Source of the DNA: Planctomycetota bacterium
GTDB lineage: Bacteria; Planctomycetota; JAJSAM01; JAJVHW01
Reading direction: 5' to 3'
DNA length: 64,000 nucleotides
Assembly: GCA_965248445.1 (NCBI GenBank)
Contig: CBDFJG010000003.1
Span: forward strand, 480,001 to 544,000
The translations under genes were made by a program, and so were the position numbers. Below the pieces are notes generated by a model, which ran no database searches, was not told the origin of the DNA, and saw only the letters and a program-made list of their open reading frames with translations. This document shows, one piece after another, positions 1 to 9,492 of this stretch (positions within the stretch are counted from its first letter, which is position 1; each line of letters starts with the position of its first letter).

Positions 1-169
1 GAGGACTGCGCCTCGTGAAGGCCGCGGCGACCCTCTCCCGGCTCTCGTCGATCTCTGTCCACCGTAGGTCGCGGGCATGAGTGGACGTCATACAAGAAGG
101 CCGGTCCCTGCCTCGGTGTAACCCGTAGCGGTTTCCAGAGGCGCTGACGGGCTTGCGAGCCCGAGGAGG

Positions 170-1707
170 GTACCCGTTCAGGTACGGCACCCGAGCCTGA
201 CGCTCAGCGCGCGACCGGCAGCGCGACCAGCGCGGGCGGCGGTTGCCCGCGCACCGCTGCGTTCGTCGCGGCGACGAGGTAGTCGAAGACGTCGTCGCCG
301 CGCTGGCGCAGCGTCGCCGTGACGGTCAGGATGCGTTCGACGAAGCGTAGATCGCGCTCGCTCTGACTGCCGTAGCAGCCCTTGCGCCAGAGCACCGGTT
401 TGCGGACTGCGCGCTCAGCGGTGTTGTTGGTCGGCGAGACGCCGGGGACATCGGCGAAGGTCAGCAGCGCCTCGGCTCGGTCGAGCAGATGACGGCTCGT
501 CCCGCGCACCTTCTTGTGCCGGCTCTCGGCGCCGCGGACGAGCAGGCGCACGAGCCGCTCCCACGTCGGGCGGAGTTCGCGCTGCATGCGCTCGCGATCG
601 CCGTGCTCGGTGAAGTGCCGATGACTCCGCATCACCGCCTGCGCGAGCAGCACGGCCTGCTTGCCGAAGCGACGACCGCCGCGCGACCCCTCGGCCAGCG
701 CGCGAAAGTCCCGCTCGAGATGCGCCCAGCAGACCTGGCGGCTCTCGACCGGGTGCTGATCGTACGCGCCCATGCGATCGGTCACGAGCACACCGGCGAA
801 GCGTCGCCCGATCAGGCGGCGCATCGCGCCGGCGCTCCGCCGACGATCGATCCGGTGCGCGACCGCTGACTCCGACACGCCGCTCCAGAGCCAGTGGCCC
901 TTTCCTCCGAGCGACCACGGGGTCTCGTCCACGTACGCGACGTCGCTTCGGCGCACGGCGCCGAGCGCCTCGGCATGTGCGGTTCCGAGGGCGCCCGAGA
1001 CGCGCTCCTCGATCGCGCTCACCGTGCCCGGCGACATCGACACGCCGATGACGTCGCGGAGAAGGAGACTCACCTCTCGCCGCGAGAGACGGAAGACGCC
1101 GACCAGGCCGGCGGTGAGTGCGCAGAGCCGCGGACCGAAGGGACTGCGCGTCACGCCCGCCGGCAGCGGCGCAGTCGTCGTCTCCTCGCAGTCGCGACAG
1201 CGAGCACGATGGAGGCGGTGCTCGGTGACCTCGACCAGACGCGGCGGGATCTCGAAGACCTGATGGCGGTGTGGCGGCCGCGTGAGCAGCTCAAGTTCGC
1301 TGCTGCCGCAGACGCTGCACTCGCTCGGCCGGTGGTCCTCGACCGAGTCGACCTCGGACTCGTCGATGAGCTTGCGCGTCGTGCCGGTGTGTCCGGGCTG
1401 AGCACCCTGGCGCTTCTTCGACGGCGGCTTGCGCTCACGACGCTTCTTGCCCCACGGCGGGTCCGACGATGGTGGCCGCGAGGACGTGCGCGAGTCTCGG
1501 CGAAGTCGGCTCTCGAGATCGTCGATCCGCGACGCTTGGCGCTCGATCACCTCGTCGCGCTTCGCGACCTCATGCTCCAGGTCATCCACGCGACGGACCA
1601 GACCTTCTACGAGTTCCCGGAGATCGCCGCCGCCGCCCACATGGGCTTCATCGTCCTCGCACGTCGCGATCTGGATCCGGGATCAGACGCAATGCCTGAA
1701 CGGATAC
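170..1707 (-). mobile_element. IS66-family insertion sequence (single-ORF type), complete
   Basis: Terminal inverted repeats GTACCCGTTCAGG (170-182) and CCTGAACGGATAC (1695-1707), 12/13 match; 8-bp target duplication CGAGGAGG at 162-169 and 1708-1715. Confidence 0.93.
204..1640 (-). CDS. IS66-family transposase (TnpC-like)
   Basis: N-terminal coiled coil, SSRPPSSD, GAQPGH, CxxC zinc finger, VDETPW / LVTDR / TNNTAER DDE motifs, QVCWAHLERD. Confidence 0.95.
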   Translation of the reverse strand: MGGGGDLRELVEGLVRRVDDLEHEVAKRDEVIERQASRIDDLESRLRRDSRTSSRPPSSDPPWGKKRRERKPPSKKRQGAQPGHTGTTRKLIDESEVDSVEDHRPSECSVCGSSELELLTRPPHRHQVFEIPPRLVEVTEHRLHRARCRDCEETTTAPLPAGVTRSPFGPRLCALTAGLVGVFRLSRREVSLLLRDVIGVSMSPGTVSAIEERVSGALGTAHAEALGAVRRSDVAYVDETPWSLGGKGHWLWSGVSESAVAHRIDRRRSAGAMRRLIGRRFAGVLVTDRMGAYDQHPVESRQVCWAHLERDFRALAEGSRGGRRFGKQAVLLAQAVMRSHRHFTEHGDRERMQRELRPTWERLVRLLVRGAESRHKKVRGTSRHLLDRAEALLTFADVPGVSPTNNTAERAVRKPVLWRKGCYGSQSERDLRFVERILTVTATLRQRGDDVFDYLVAATNAAVRGQPPPALVALPVAR

Positions 1708-1723
1708 CGAGGAGGAACCGGCT

Positions 1724-2767
1724 ATGGCAAAGGCTACACGTTTCGTGATCGGGATGGAGCTGGGCGACCGCGTGGTGCATGTGTGTGTGCTGGACCGCAA
1801 GACGGGCGAGATCGTGGGCGAAGGGCGCGTCGCGACGACGCGTGCTCGCCTGACGGAGTTCCTCGGCGAGATCGAGCGATCGAAGGTGGTGATGGAGAGC
1901 GGGACGCACTCGCCGTGGATCAGCCGCCTCGCCGAGGGTCTTGGTCACGACGTCATCGTGGCCGATGCGCGTCGGCTGCGCGCGGTGTGGGACTCGCCCA
2001 AGAAGAGTGACCGCCGCGACGCGCTGGTTCTGGCGCAACTGGGGGCCGGGCACCCAGGGCTCCTTCATCCGGTGTCTCACCGGAGCGAGCGCGCACAGAC
2101 CCACATGGTCGTGCTCCGAGCGCGCGAGCGTGTGGTCGACGCGCGTACGAAGTTGGTCAATGCCGCGCGGGGCTCGGTGAAGTCGCTCGGGTACCGATTG
2201 CCCGCTTGCTCCGCTCCGAGCTTCCATCGCAAGGCACGCGAGGCGGTGCCGGAAACCCTCGTGGACGCCCTGGCCCCGCTGTTCGACGCGATCGCAGCGT
2301 TGACGGAGAGCATCGCGCGCTACGACCGCGAAGTCGAGCGTCTCGGCCGCGACGCGTATCCGGTGACACGACGCCTTCGCGAGGTACCCGGCTGCGGTCC
2401 CGTCACCGCGCTCGCCTACGTGCTCGTCGTCCACGACCCAGAGCGCTTCTCGCGCAATCGCGACGTGGGCGCGTACGTCGGTCTCGTCCCGCGCCAGGAC
2501 CAGTCGGGCAAGATCGATCGCCAACTCAGGATCACGAAGTGCGGCGACCGGATGCTCCGCCGGCTGCTCGTGCAGTGCGCGCACTACGTGCTCGGACCAC
2601 ACGGGCCCGACAGCGACCTGAGACGCTGGGGTCTGGAGCTGGCGCAACGGGGCGGGAAGAACGCGAAGAAACGGGCGACCGTCGCGGTCGCCCGCAAGCT
2701 CGCCGTGCTCTTCCACGCTCTGTGGATGAAGGACCGCGCGTACGAGCCGCTCGCTCGAGCGGCGTGA
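1724..2767 (+). CDS. IS110-family DEDD recombinase/transposase
   Basis: RuvC-like N-terminus (IGMELGDR, VMESG, KSDRRDA), PGCGPVTA, YVGLVP..QSG serine motif, ITKCGD, AVARKLA. Confidence 0.93.
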   Translation: MAKATRFVIGMELGDRVVHVCVLDRKTGEIVGEGRVATTRARLTEFLGEIERSKVVMESGTHSPWISRLAEGLGHDVIVADARRLRAVWDSPKKSDRRDALVLAQLGAGHPGLLHPVSHRSERAQTHMVVLRARERVVDARTKLVNAARGSVKSLGYRLPACSAPSFHRKAREAVPETLVDALAPLFDAIAALTESIARYDREVERLGRDAYPVTRRLREVPGCGPVTALAYVLVVHDPERFSRNRDVGAYVGLVPRQDQSGKIDRQLRITKCGDRMLRRLLVQCAHYVLGPHGPDSDLRRWGLELAQRGGKNAKKRATVAVARKLAVLFHALWMKDRAYEPLARAA

Positions 2768-3049
2768 TGACCGACTGAACACCACGAACAACACGGGAGT
2801 CTGATCGACCGAGCAACGCGCCCACCCGGGCGATGCCCATCTCCCAACTCGAAGGCGCGACGACTGCGGTGGCTGAACGGGCCCGGCCCCGGCCGAGGCC
2901 GCGTAACTGATGGCAGCGTCGCCCTCGAGCGGATGCCTTAACGTGCACCGGGTCCAAACGACCCCTTGACGAGTGCGGATGGATGCGTGCAGAGGGAGCC
3001 GGCAACGCACAACGTGGGCGGATCGCCAAGTCGATCCGACTGCTTGACA
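2768..3049 (+). ncRNA. IS110 3' non-coding end, candidate bridge/seek RNA region
   Basis: About 280 nt without a credible ORF after the recombinase; short hairpins (2819-2832, 3019-3038); ends in TTGACA. RNA role inferred from family knowledge. Confidence 0.4.
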
Positions 3050-3778
3050 TCACTCCTCTATCACAAGGCGCTCTGGAGTGTGCTGTCGGCCCTGCTGTTC
3101 CTGTCGGTCTTCCTGCAACTCTTCGAGAGTGACAACCACAAGTTCCTCATGAGCTATTGGGTGTTCGCCGTCGCACTCGCGCTCCACACCGATGCGGGTA
3201 GTCTGTTGGCGTGGAACGGACGATGGTTGATCGGGCTGTGTTTCACGTTCGCGGTGGGTTGGAAGGCGTTGAGTCCGGACTTCCTGACGGGTGAGTTCAT
3301 GGAGTACACGCTGCTCGTCGACTCCCGCTTCGCCTCCTTCACGCAGTTGGTGGCGTCCGTGCCGGACGAGGTCATGGCCGCGAATCGACTTGCCCGTCAC
3401 CAGGTCGTGGACCTGACCGTGACCTCCGCGCCGATGACCGTGCCCGCGGGCGTGACGCGCCTCGCGGTCGTGCTCACCGCAACGACCATGGCGCTCGAGA
3501 CCGCGATCGCAGCGTCGTTCCTGCTGGCGAGGCGTGTGCGGTGGTTGCGCCGGCTCCGGAACTGGCTACTGATCGCGTTCTGCCTCTCCACGTATGCGAT
3601 TGCGACCGTCACCGGGTTCGCATGGACGGTGTGCATTCTCGGTCTGGCGCAGAGCCGTCGGTCGGAACGGGCGGCGCGTCTCGCCTACATCGGCACGATC
3701 TGCGCGATCTCCGTGTTCTCCATCGACTGGGGCGGACTGGTGCGCGGGATCGCCGTCGTCTTCAGAGGTGACCTGTGA
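3050..3778 (+). pseudogene. 5'-truncated HTTM / vitamin K-dependent carboxylase-like multi-pass membrane protein
   Basis: Several hydrophobic helices; SDNHKFL and FAVGWKALSPDFLTG resemble the NHxYL and AGxxKLxxDW HTTM motifs; plausible coding sequence starts abruptly at the IS110 end. Confidence 0.55.
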
Positions 3779-4225
3779 GCGCGCCCCGTCGCCGCGCCGT
3801 GCTGGCGGCCGCTCTCGTCGGCCTCGGTCTGAGTCTGATGGCGCTCGTGGCGGAGCGGGCACCTCGGACGCATGCTTACTCACTTCCAGCGATACGACGA
3901 CTGCGCTCTGACGTCGACCAGCTCGCCTCACAGAGTGCGAGGCTTGCACGCGCGGAGCGGTCGCTCCGGCGCGGCTCTTCGGAGGCCCGCACCGCAGCGG
4001 CGCCCGTAGCGAAGATGGATCTCGATGACGTGTCCGCGCGAGTGGGCGCGCTCGAAGCGTGGTTGGAGGCCCAGGAGTCCGCAGAGGTTTCCGACGAATC
4101 CGGGGAACCCGGCGCGCGCGCGAAAGCGGCCGCACGGCTCCTCATGGCAGCGCGCCAGGTGCTCTGGGACGAGGAAAGCGATTCCGCGGCCCGTATCGAT
4201 GCGCTTGGTGTGCTCGATGTCCTAG

Positions 4226-5894
4226 CCCGAATCGTTCACCAGCCGGGAATCTGAGCGGGCCGTCGTCTGTCTAAGTGCTCGTACTCGCTAGTACTTGCAC
4301 CGACAGGAGCGCCGGCCCGATGACGACAGACTGTAGCCCGCAGGGGACCCTCTTCGCGGGCATCTGTGGACGCACCGCGGTGACGCGCTTCGACGCCGGT
4401 ACCGTGACGAGCGACGGGGGCGTGCTGCTGCTCGAGCGGGTCGATCGTCGCATCGATCTGCTCTCGCGGTTTGCGCGCTGCTTCGGGGACCACCGGGACC
4501 CGCGTCGGGTCGAGCACACGGTCGGCCAGATGCTGCGTCAGCGGGTCTTCGGGCTGTGCGCGGGCTACGAGGATCTGGTGGACCACGACCATGTCGGCAA
4601 GGACCCGCTGTTTGCCGCGGCGTGCGGCAAGCGCGAGGGTGCTCTGGCCACGCACCCGACGCTCTCGCGGCTCGAGACCACGCAGCTCGGCGCCACGGCA
4701 CAGACGCGCTACGCCAAGATCGAGATGGACCAGGAGCGCGTGGACAGCGTGCTCAGCGACGTCTTCTGCGAGGCCATGGGGCCGGAGGATCCGGGCCTGC
4801 TCGTGCTGGACCTGGACCACTCCGACGTGCGGCTGCACGGCCGGCAGGAGGGCCGCTTCTTCCACGGCTACTACGGGCACTACTGCTACCTGCCGCTGTA
4901 CGTCTTCTGCGGCGAGCACCTCTTGCTCGCTCGGCTCCAGACCGCTGACAGAGATCCCGCGCGCGGAGTCGTGGACGAGCTCCGTGCGCTGGTCTTACGT
5001 CTGCGGCGCCGCTGGCCCCGGGCCAAGGTGCTCGTGCGCGCAGACTCGGGCTTTTGCCGCGAGGAGCTGATGGCCTGGTGCGAGGCCGCCGGCCACTTCT
5101 ACCTGCTGGGCATGGCGCGCAATGAGCGCCTTGAGCGACACGTCGAAGACGCGCTCGATGAGGCCGCAGCCCGTGCCGTGCAGACCGGCCGAGCAGCCCG
5201 GGTCTTTCGCGACTTTGCCTGGACCACGCTGGGGAGCTGGAGCCAGAGGCGTCGCGTGGTCGCCAAGGCCGAGCACCTGCCGGGCGGCAAGCGCAATCCC
5301 CGCTTCGTGGTGACCAATCTGCCGCCTCGTAGCTGGAGCAGCAAGCGTCTCTACGAGCAGCTCTACTGCGCCCGGGGCGAGGCGGAGAATCGCATCAAGG
5401 AGCAGCAGCTCGAGCTCTTCGGCACCCGTCTGTCGGTGCACACGATGCAGGGCAACGCCGTGCGGATGGCCATGTCGGCCATGGCCTACGTCCTGACCTG
5501 TGCGCTGCGACGCATCGGTCTCGCCGGCACCGAGATGGCGCGTGCGCAAGCCGGCACGATCCGCCTGCGGCTGCTCAAGATCGGCGCGCTCGTGCGGATC
5601 ACGACGCGCCGGATCTGGGTCTCGATGTCCTCGTCGTGGCCCTGGCAGCACGTCTTCGAGCGCTGCGCGCAACGACTGCTGGCATCCCCGAAGCCGACCT
5701 GACGTCCCGCCGCGCCGTCCGCCACACCACCGCCCGGCCTACGGTCTGCCCACACCGCAGAATCCGCGCCGTTTCGGCCGCTCACTCGCGTTGCCCTTGT
5801 GGCAACGACGACAGCATCCGCCCTCGCCTGGCCAAGATCTGACCCTGTGGACTCCGAAAGCACCGTCATCGCGACGTCTCGTGAACAGATGCGG
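4226..5894 (+). mobile_element. IS1380-family insertion sequence, complete
   Basis: Imperfect IRs CCCGAATCGTTCAC / GTGAACAGATGCGG; CTAG duplicated at 4222-4225 and 5895-5898. Confidence 0.9.
4320..5702 (+). CDS. IS1380-family transposase
   Basis: FDAGTVTSDGG, GYEDLVD, LDLD, HGRQEG..FHGYY..YCYLPL, VRADSGF, YCARGEAENRIKE. Confidence 0.95.
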   Translation: MTTDCSPQGTLFAGICGRTAVTRFDAGTVTSDGGVLLLERVDRRIDLLSRFARCFGDHRDPRRVEHTVGQMLRQRVFGLCAGYEDLVDHDHVGKDPLFAAACGKREGALATHPTLSRLETTQLGATAQTRYAKIEMDQERVDSVLSDVFCEAMGPEDPGLLVLDLDHSDVRLHGRQEGRFFHGYYGHYCYLPLYVFCGEHLLLARLQTADRDPARGVVDELRALVLRLRRRWPRAKVLVRADSGFCREELMAWCEAAGHFYLLGMARNERLERHVEDALDEAAARAVQTGRAARVFRDFAWTTLGSWSQRRRVVAKAEHLPGGKRNPRFVVTNLPPRSWSSKRLYEQLYCARGEAENRIKEQQLELFGTRLSVHTMQGNAVRMAMSAMAYVLTCALRRIGLAGTEMARAQAGTIRLRLLKIGALVRITTRRIWVSMSSSWPWQHVFERCAQRLLASPKPT

Positions 5895-6193
5895 CTAGGA
5901 ATCTGGACTCCGGCCGACGTCGACCAACTCGTCGGGGCTTTCCACGACAGTCCGCAAGTGCGGGATCGGCGCTTGCTGCTCGCTGCCGTGCGGCACTGCG
6001 AAGCGCCTGCGTGGCAGAACCTGCTGGCCGATACGGTCACGCGGACGACGTACGACAGTGCTGTTCGGACCGAGTCGCTCCTGCACCTGGCGCGCATATC
6101 CGGTCGCTCGTCGGAGGCTCGGGCGCACCTCCGCGAGATCGCGAGTCGAACGGACATGCCGGCGTACTCCCTGCTCGCTCAACAGTATCTGCA

Positions 6194-7024
6194 ATGAAGC
6201 CACACGACATCAGGACCGTGGACATGAAGACGACACTTCTCGCCGTGGGATCTCTCGTTCTTGGCGTGGTTGCCGTAGCGGTCGCCTGGTTCGGGCCGAG
6301 CGGCCGCGGCTTTCGCGGCGACGTCAGTGCGGAGTTGCAGGCCATCCGGGAACGCCAGAGGCGTCAGGAGGACCGGATCGACGCGCAGTTGGGGGAGCTC
6401 GAGGATCTCCGTCGTTCAGCGGGCGCTGGGCGACCGGAGAATGGCGCCGGGAGCGCGATGTCGCCCGAACACGCGGCGCTCCTCGATCGGCTTGCCGCGT
6501 TGGAGTCGCACGTCGACGCCCGGCGCACCGCCGACAGGGAGGCGCTGGCGAGGTTCAGCGAGGTGCGTCGAGGAGCGGCTCCCGCGACGCGACGCGACCT
6601 CGTGGCACTCGACACCTCGCGGCTGGAACGGTGGTTCCAGGAGTCTTCGCGATCGCCGGAGTCTCGTCTCACGATCCTGGAGGAGTTGACGAGCCGGAAG
6701 GACCGGGAGCCCGCGCTCTCGACGACGATCGCGCCGGCCGCCGCGGAGTGGTTGCGCGTCGAGACGTCGCCCTCCGTCCGCCGCTCGCTGATCGCTCTCC
6801 TGAACGACGCCGACGACCTCGGATTGCGGCTGCGAATCGCCGAGATCGCGCAGGAGGACGAGAGCCGCATCGTGCGGGAGCAAGCGGTCGGATACCTGGC
6901 ACGCTACGTCGACCAGAGGGACGTCCTCCTGCTGTTGGAGCGCATCGCCGAGCACGACCCGTCGGACGAAGTACGGCGCGCGGCAGGACGCGCCCTCGCG
7001 GGGGACCACCCCAACCAGGACTGA
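6194..7024 (+). CDS. Membrane-anchored coiled-coil protein with C-terminal HEAT-like repeats
   Basis: N-terminal TM helix, coiled coil, repeats such as DESRIVREQAVGYL and DPSDEVRRAAGRAL; ATG overlaps upstream TGA (alternative start 6224). Confidence 0.75.
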   Translation: MKPHDIRTVDMKTTLLAVGSLVLGVVAVAVAWFGPSGRGFRGDVSAELQAIRERQRRQEDRIDAQLGELEDLRRSAGAGRPENGAGSAMSPEHAALLDRLAALESHVDARRTADREALARFSEVRRGAAPATRRDLVALDTSRLERWFQESSRSPESRLTILEELTSRKDREPALSTTIAPAAAEWLRVETSPSVRRSLIALLNDADDLGLRLRIAEIAQEDESRIVREQAVGYLARYVDQRDVLLLLERIAEHDPSDEVRRAAGRALAGDHPNQD

Positions 7025-7032
7025 CGGCGAGT

Positions 7033-7280
7033 GTGGAGTCGAGGGCGGACGCGGTGGCCATAGATCGGGATGAGTAGCAGTTCGCCGGCGGCTTTCGCCA
7101 CGGTGCCGGTGCCTCAGGTCCCGTCGTAGCTCCGTCTTCCGCCCCCGCTCGTCAAACCGGACGTGCGGATCTCCCGCATCCGGCTTCCCGACTGGGTTCT
7201 CGTGTTGGCTGTCACAGTCCATCCAGTTGCACGTCACGCAGACGCAGCACGCCGAGCGGCCCGAAGATCGTGGCCGCGCC
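7033..7280 (-). ncRNA. Group II intron 3' remnant (domains V and VI plus likely last codons of the RT/maturase)
   Basis: Minus strand AAGCCGGATGCGGGAGATCCGCACGTCCGGTTT (7186-7154) is a canonical DV with AGC triad, GAGA loop and AC bulge; DVI with bulged A at 7039; 3' end ...CTCCAC; upstream IFGPLGVLRLRDVQLDGL* ends at 7212. Confidence 0.9.
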
Positions 7281-7824
7281 GACCGGCTGGCGAGCTACGA
7301 CCGCGTGCCGGGAAAGTGTCGCCAGCTCTGCTGGGCGCACCTCGAGCGCGACTTGCGCGCGTTTGCCGTGGGGCCTCGCTCGGGCCGCGCCTTCGGTGAG
7401 GCGGGACTCGAGATCGCGCAGGCGCTGATGCGGGGTGTGCGCGAGCACAAGACGCACGGCGACCGCGAGCGACTCCAAGCCGAACTGCGCCCGCACCTCG
7501 GGCGCCTGATCGACCTGCTCGTAGAAGGCGCCTGCAGCGACACACCCGGAGTCAGCGGCTTCGCCGCGCACCTGCTGGCTCGCGCCGACTCGCTCTGGGT
7601 GTTGGCCGACCGCGAGGGCGTGCCGCCCACGAACAACGCCGCCGAGCGCGCCATCCGCAAGGCGGTGCTCTGGCGAAAGGGCTGCTTTGGCAGCCAGAGC
7701 GAGCGAGGGCTTCGCTTCGTCGAGCGGATGATGACCGTCGTCGCAACCAAGAGGCGACGAGCCGAGGGTGTCCTCGACTACCTGGTCGAGGTCGCCCGCA
7801 ACGCGATCACCGCCACTCCGGCTC
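7281..7824 (+). pseudogene. IS66-family transposase, 3' fragment
   Basis: DRLASY..RQLCWAHLERD, PPTNNAAERAIRKAVLWRKGCFGSQS; related to but distinct from the 204-1640 transposase; truncated on both sides. Confidence 0.9.
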
Positions 7825-9223
7825 GAGGTATGACCAAAAGTTGTGGCTGTGCGTTCTGGACATGAAGGCGGCGTACCCTTGGTGACTCGACGAAGAGTTC
7901 ACCCGAGCCCCCGACACGGGGGAAGGAGTACGCCGTGGATGAGACTACGACGACGGAGGCGCTGAGCCCAGCGCAGAGCGGTACGAAGGACGCGTTGACG
8001 GAGATATGCAGGGAGGGGGCGCGCCGGATGCTGGCAGCGGCGCTCGAGGCGGAGGTCGAGGGCTTCGTCGGGCGGTTCGCTGCCGTGGTCGATGGCGAAG
8101 GCCGGCGCGTGGTGCGCCGCAACGGCTACGCGCAGGAGCGCCAGCTGCAGACGGGCCTCGGCGACGTGGAGGTCTGCGCCCCGCGGGTGCGCGATGACCG
8201 CAAGGGCAGCGCTGAGCGCATCCGCTTCACGAGCGCGATCCTGCCGCCCTACCTCAGGCGCACGAAGGCCCTCGAAGAACTCCTGCCGTGGCTGTACCTC
8301 AAGGGTGTCTCGACCGGCGACTTCAGCGAGGCTCTTGCAGCACTTCTCGGCCCCGACGCCCCAGGGCTCTCGGCCACCCAGATCGTGCGGCTCAAGGCGG
8401 CGTGGGAGGGCGAGTACGGGATCTGGACGAAGCGATCGCTCGCCCACAAGCGCTTCGTCTACCTGTGGGCCGACGGGATCTACTTCAACGCGCGGCTGAC
8501 CGGCGAGCGCAGCTGCATCCTGGTCGTCATCGGCGCGACGGCCGAGGGCGAGAAGGAACTGCTCGCCGTGCACGACGGTGTGCGCGAGAGCGAGATCTCG
8601 TGGAAGGAGGTGCTGCTGGATCTGCGCGAGCGCGGGATCAGCGTGCCGCCCGAGATTGCGGTGGGCGACGGCGCGCTCGGTTTCTGGAAGGCGCTGCGCC
8701 AGGTCTTCCCGACGACACGCGAGCAGCGCTGCTGCGTGCACAAGACGGCCAACGTGCTGAACAAGCTGCCGAAGTCGGTGCACAAGGACGCCAAGAGTCG
8801 CCTGCACGACATCTTCCTGGCCCCCACCCACAAGGACGCCGAACGCGCCTTTGGAGTTTTCGGCGAGCTCTTCGGCGCGAAGTACCCCAAGGCCGTGGGG
8901 TGTCTCGAGAAGGACCGCGAGGAACTCCTCGCCTTCTACGACTTCCCGTTGCCGAGCACTGGACGCACCTGCGGACCACGAACCCGATCGAGTCCACCTT
9001 CGCGACCGTCCGGCTGCGGACGAAACGGACGAAGGGCTCAGGGTCAGCGAAAGCGTGCCTCGCCATGGTCTTCAAGCTGGCCCTGGCGGCCCAGCGCAAG
9101 TGGAGGAAACTCAACGCAGCTCAGCTGCTGGCGGACGTCATCACCGGCGTCCGCTTCAAGGATGGCATCAAGGTCGCCGCCTGAAATGCAACGGGCCCCA
9201 GCCACAACTTTTGGTCATACCTC
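7825..9223 (+). mobile_element. IS256-family insertion sequence
   Basis: Perfect 25-bp IRs GAGGTATGACCAAAAGTTGTGGCTG (7825-7849 and 9199-9223); no target duplication. Confidence 0.93.
7935..9184 (+). pseudogene. IS256-family transposase, frameshifted
   Basis: RNGY, PRVRD, YLWADG, VGDGALGF motifs; extra TT at 8949-8950 breaks FYDFP/AEHWTHLRTTNPIESTF. Confidence 0.9.
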
Positions 9224-9259
9224 ATAGGTCGATGGCGCGGGTCACTGCGCCGACCCCCT

Positions 9260-9492
9260 GTGTGCCTTCGTGTGCCTTACGGCTGTGGCGACGGACGGCG
9301 CACAGGCTCGGACCGCTGCGTCAGCCGTCGCCCAACGACGCCTGCGGTAGCCTCCCGGCGCTTCTGGGAGAACCCACCGCTGCACTACCGCTGCACAACG
9401 TCCGCCCGCTCCTGCGGCTTGTGCGGCTTGTGCAGCGCGGGACACGCGTAAGTCCTTATTTTGCAGGGGTCTTACGTTGCTTCGGGAGCAAG
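9260..9492. repeat. Cluster of short tandem direct repeats, a palindrome and a tRNA-Pro-like anticodon arm (possible att remnant)
   Basis: GTGTGCCTT x2 (9260, 9270), ACCGCTGCAC x2 (9376, 9387), TGCGGCTTG x2 (9413, 9422), CGTAAG..CTTACG (9447-9476), TTGC-TTCGGGA-GCAA (9477-9491). Confidence 0.5.

Larger units (their letters stand above)
3775..6197 (+). pseudogene. Membrane-anchored coiled-coil/HEAT-like protein interrupted by IS1380
   Basis: Removing 4226-5898 rejoins ...LGVLDVL|GIWTPADVDQL... in frame (750 nt, 249 aa); GTG start overlaps the upstream stop. Confidence 0.85.

Noticed and set aside
1..95. Missing 5' part of the HTTM-like gene left of the IS110
   Set aside because: No + frame gives a hydrophobic segment that joins plausibly, so the IS110 ends and target cannot be fixed from this window
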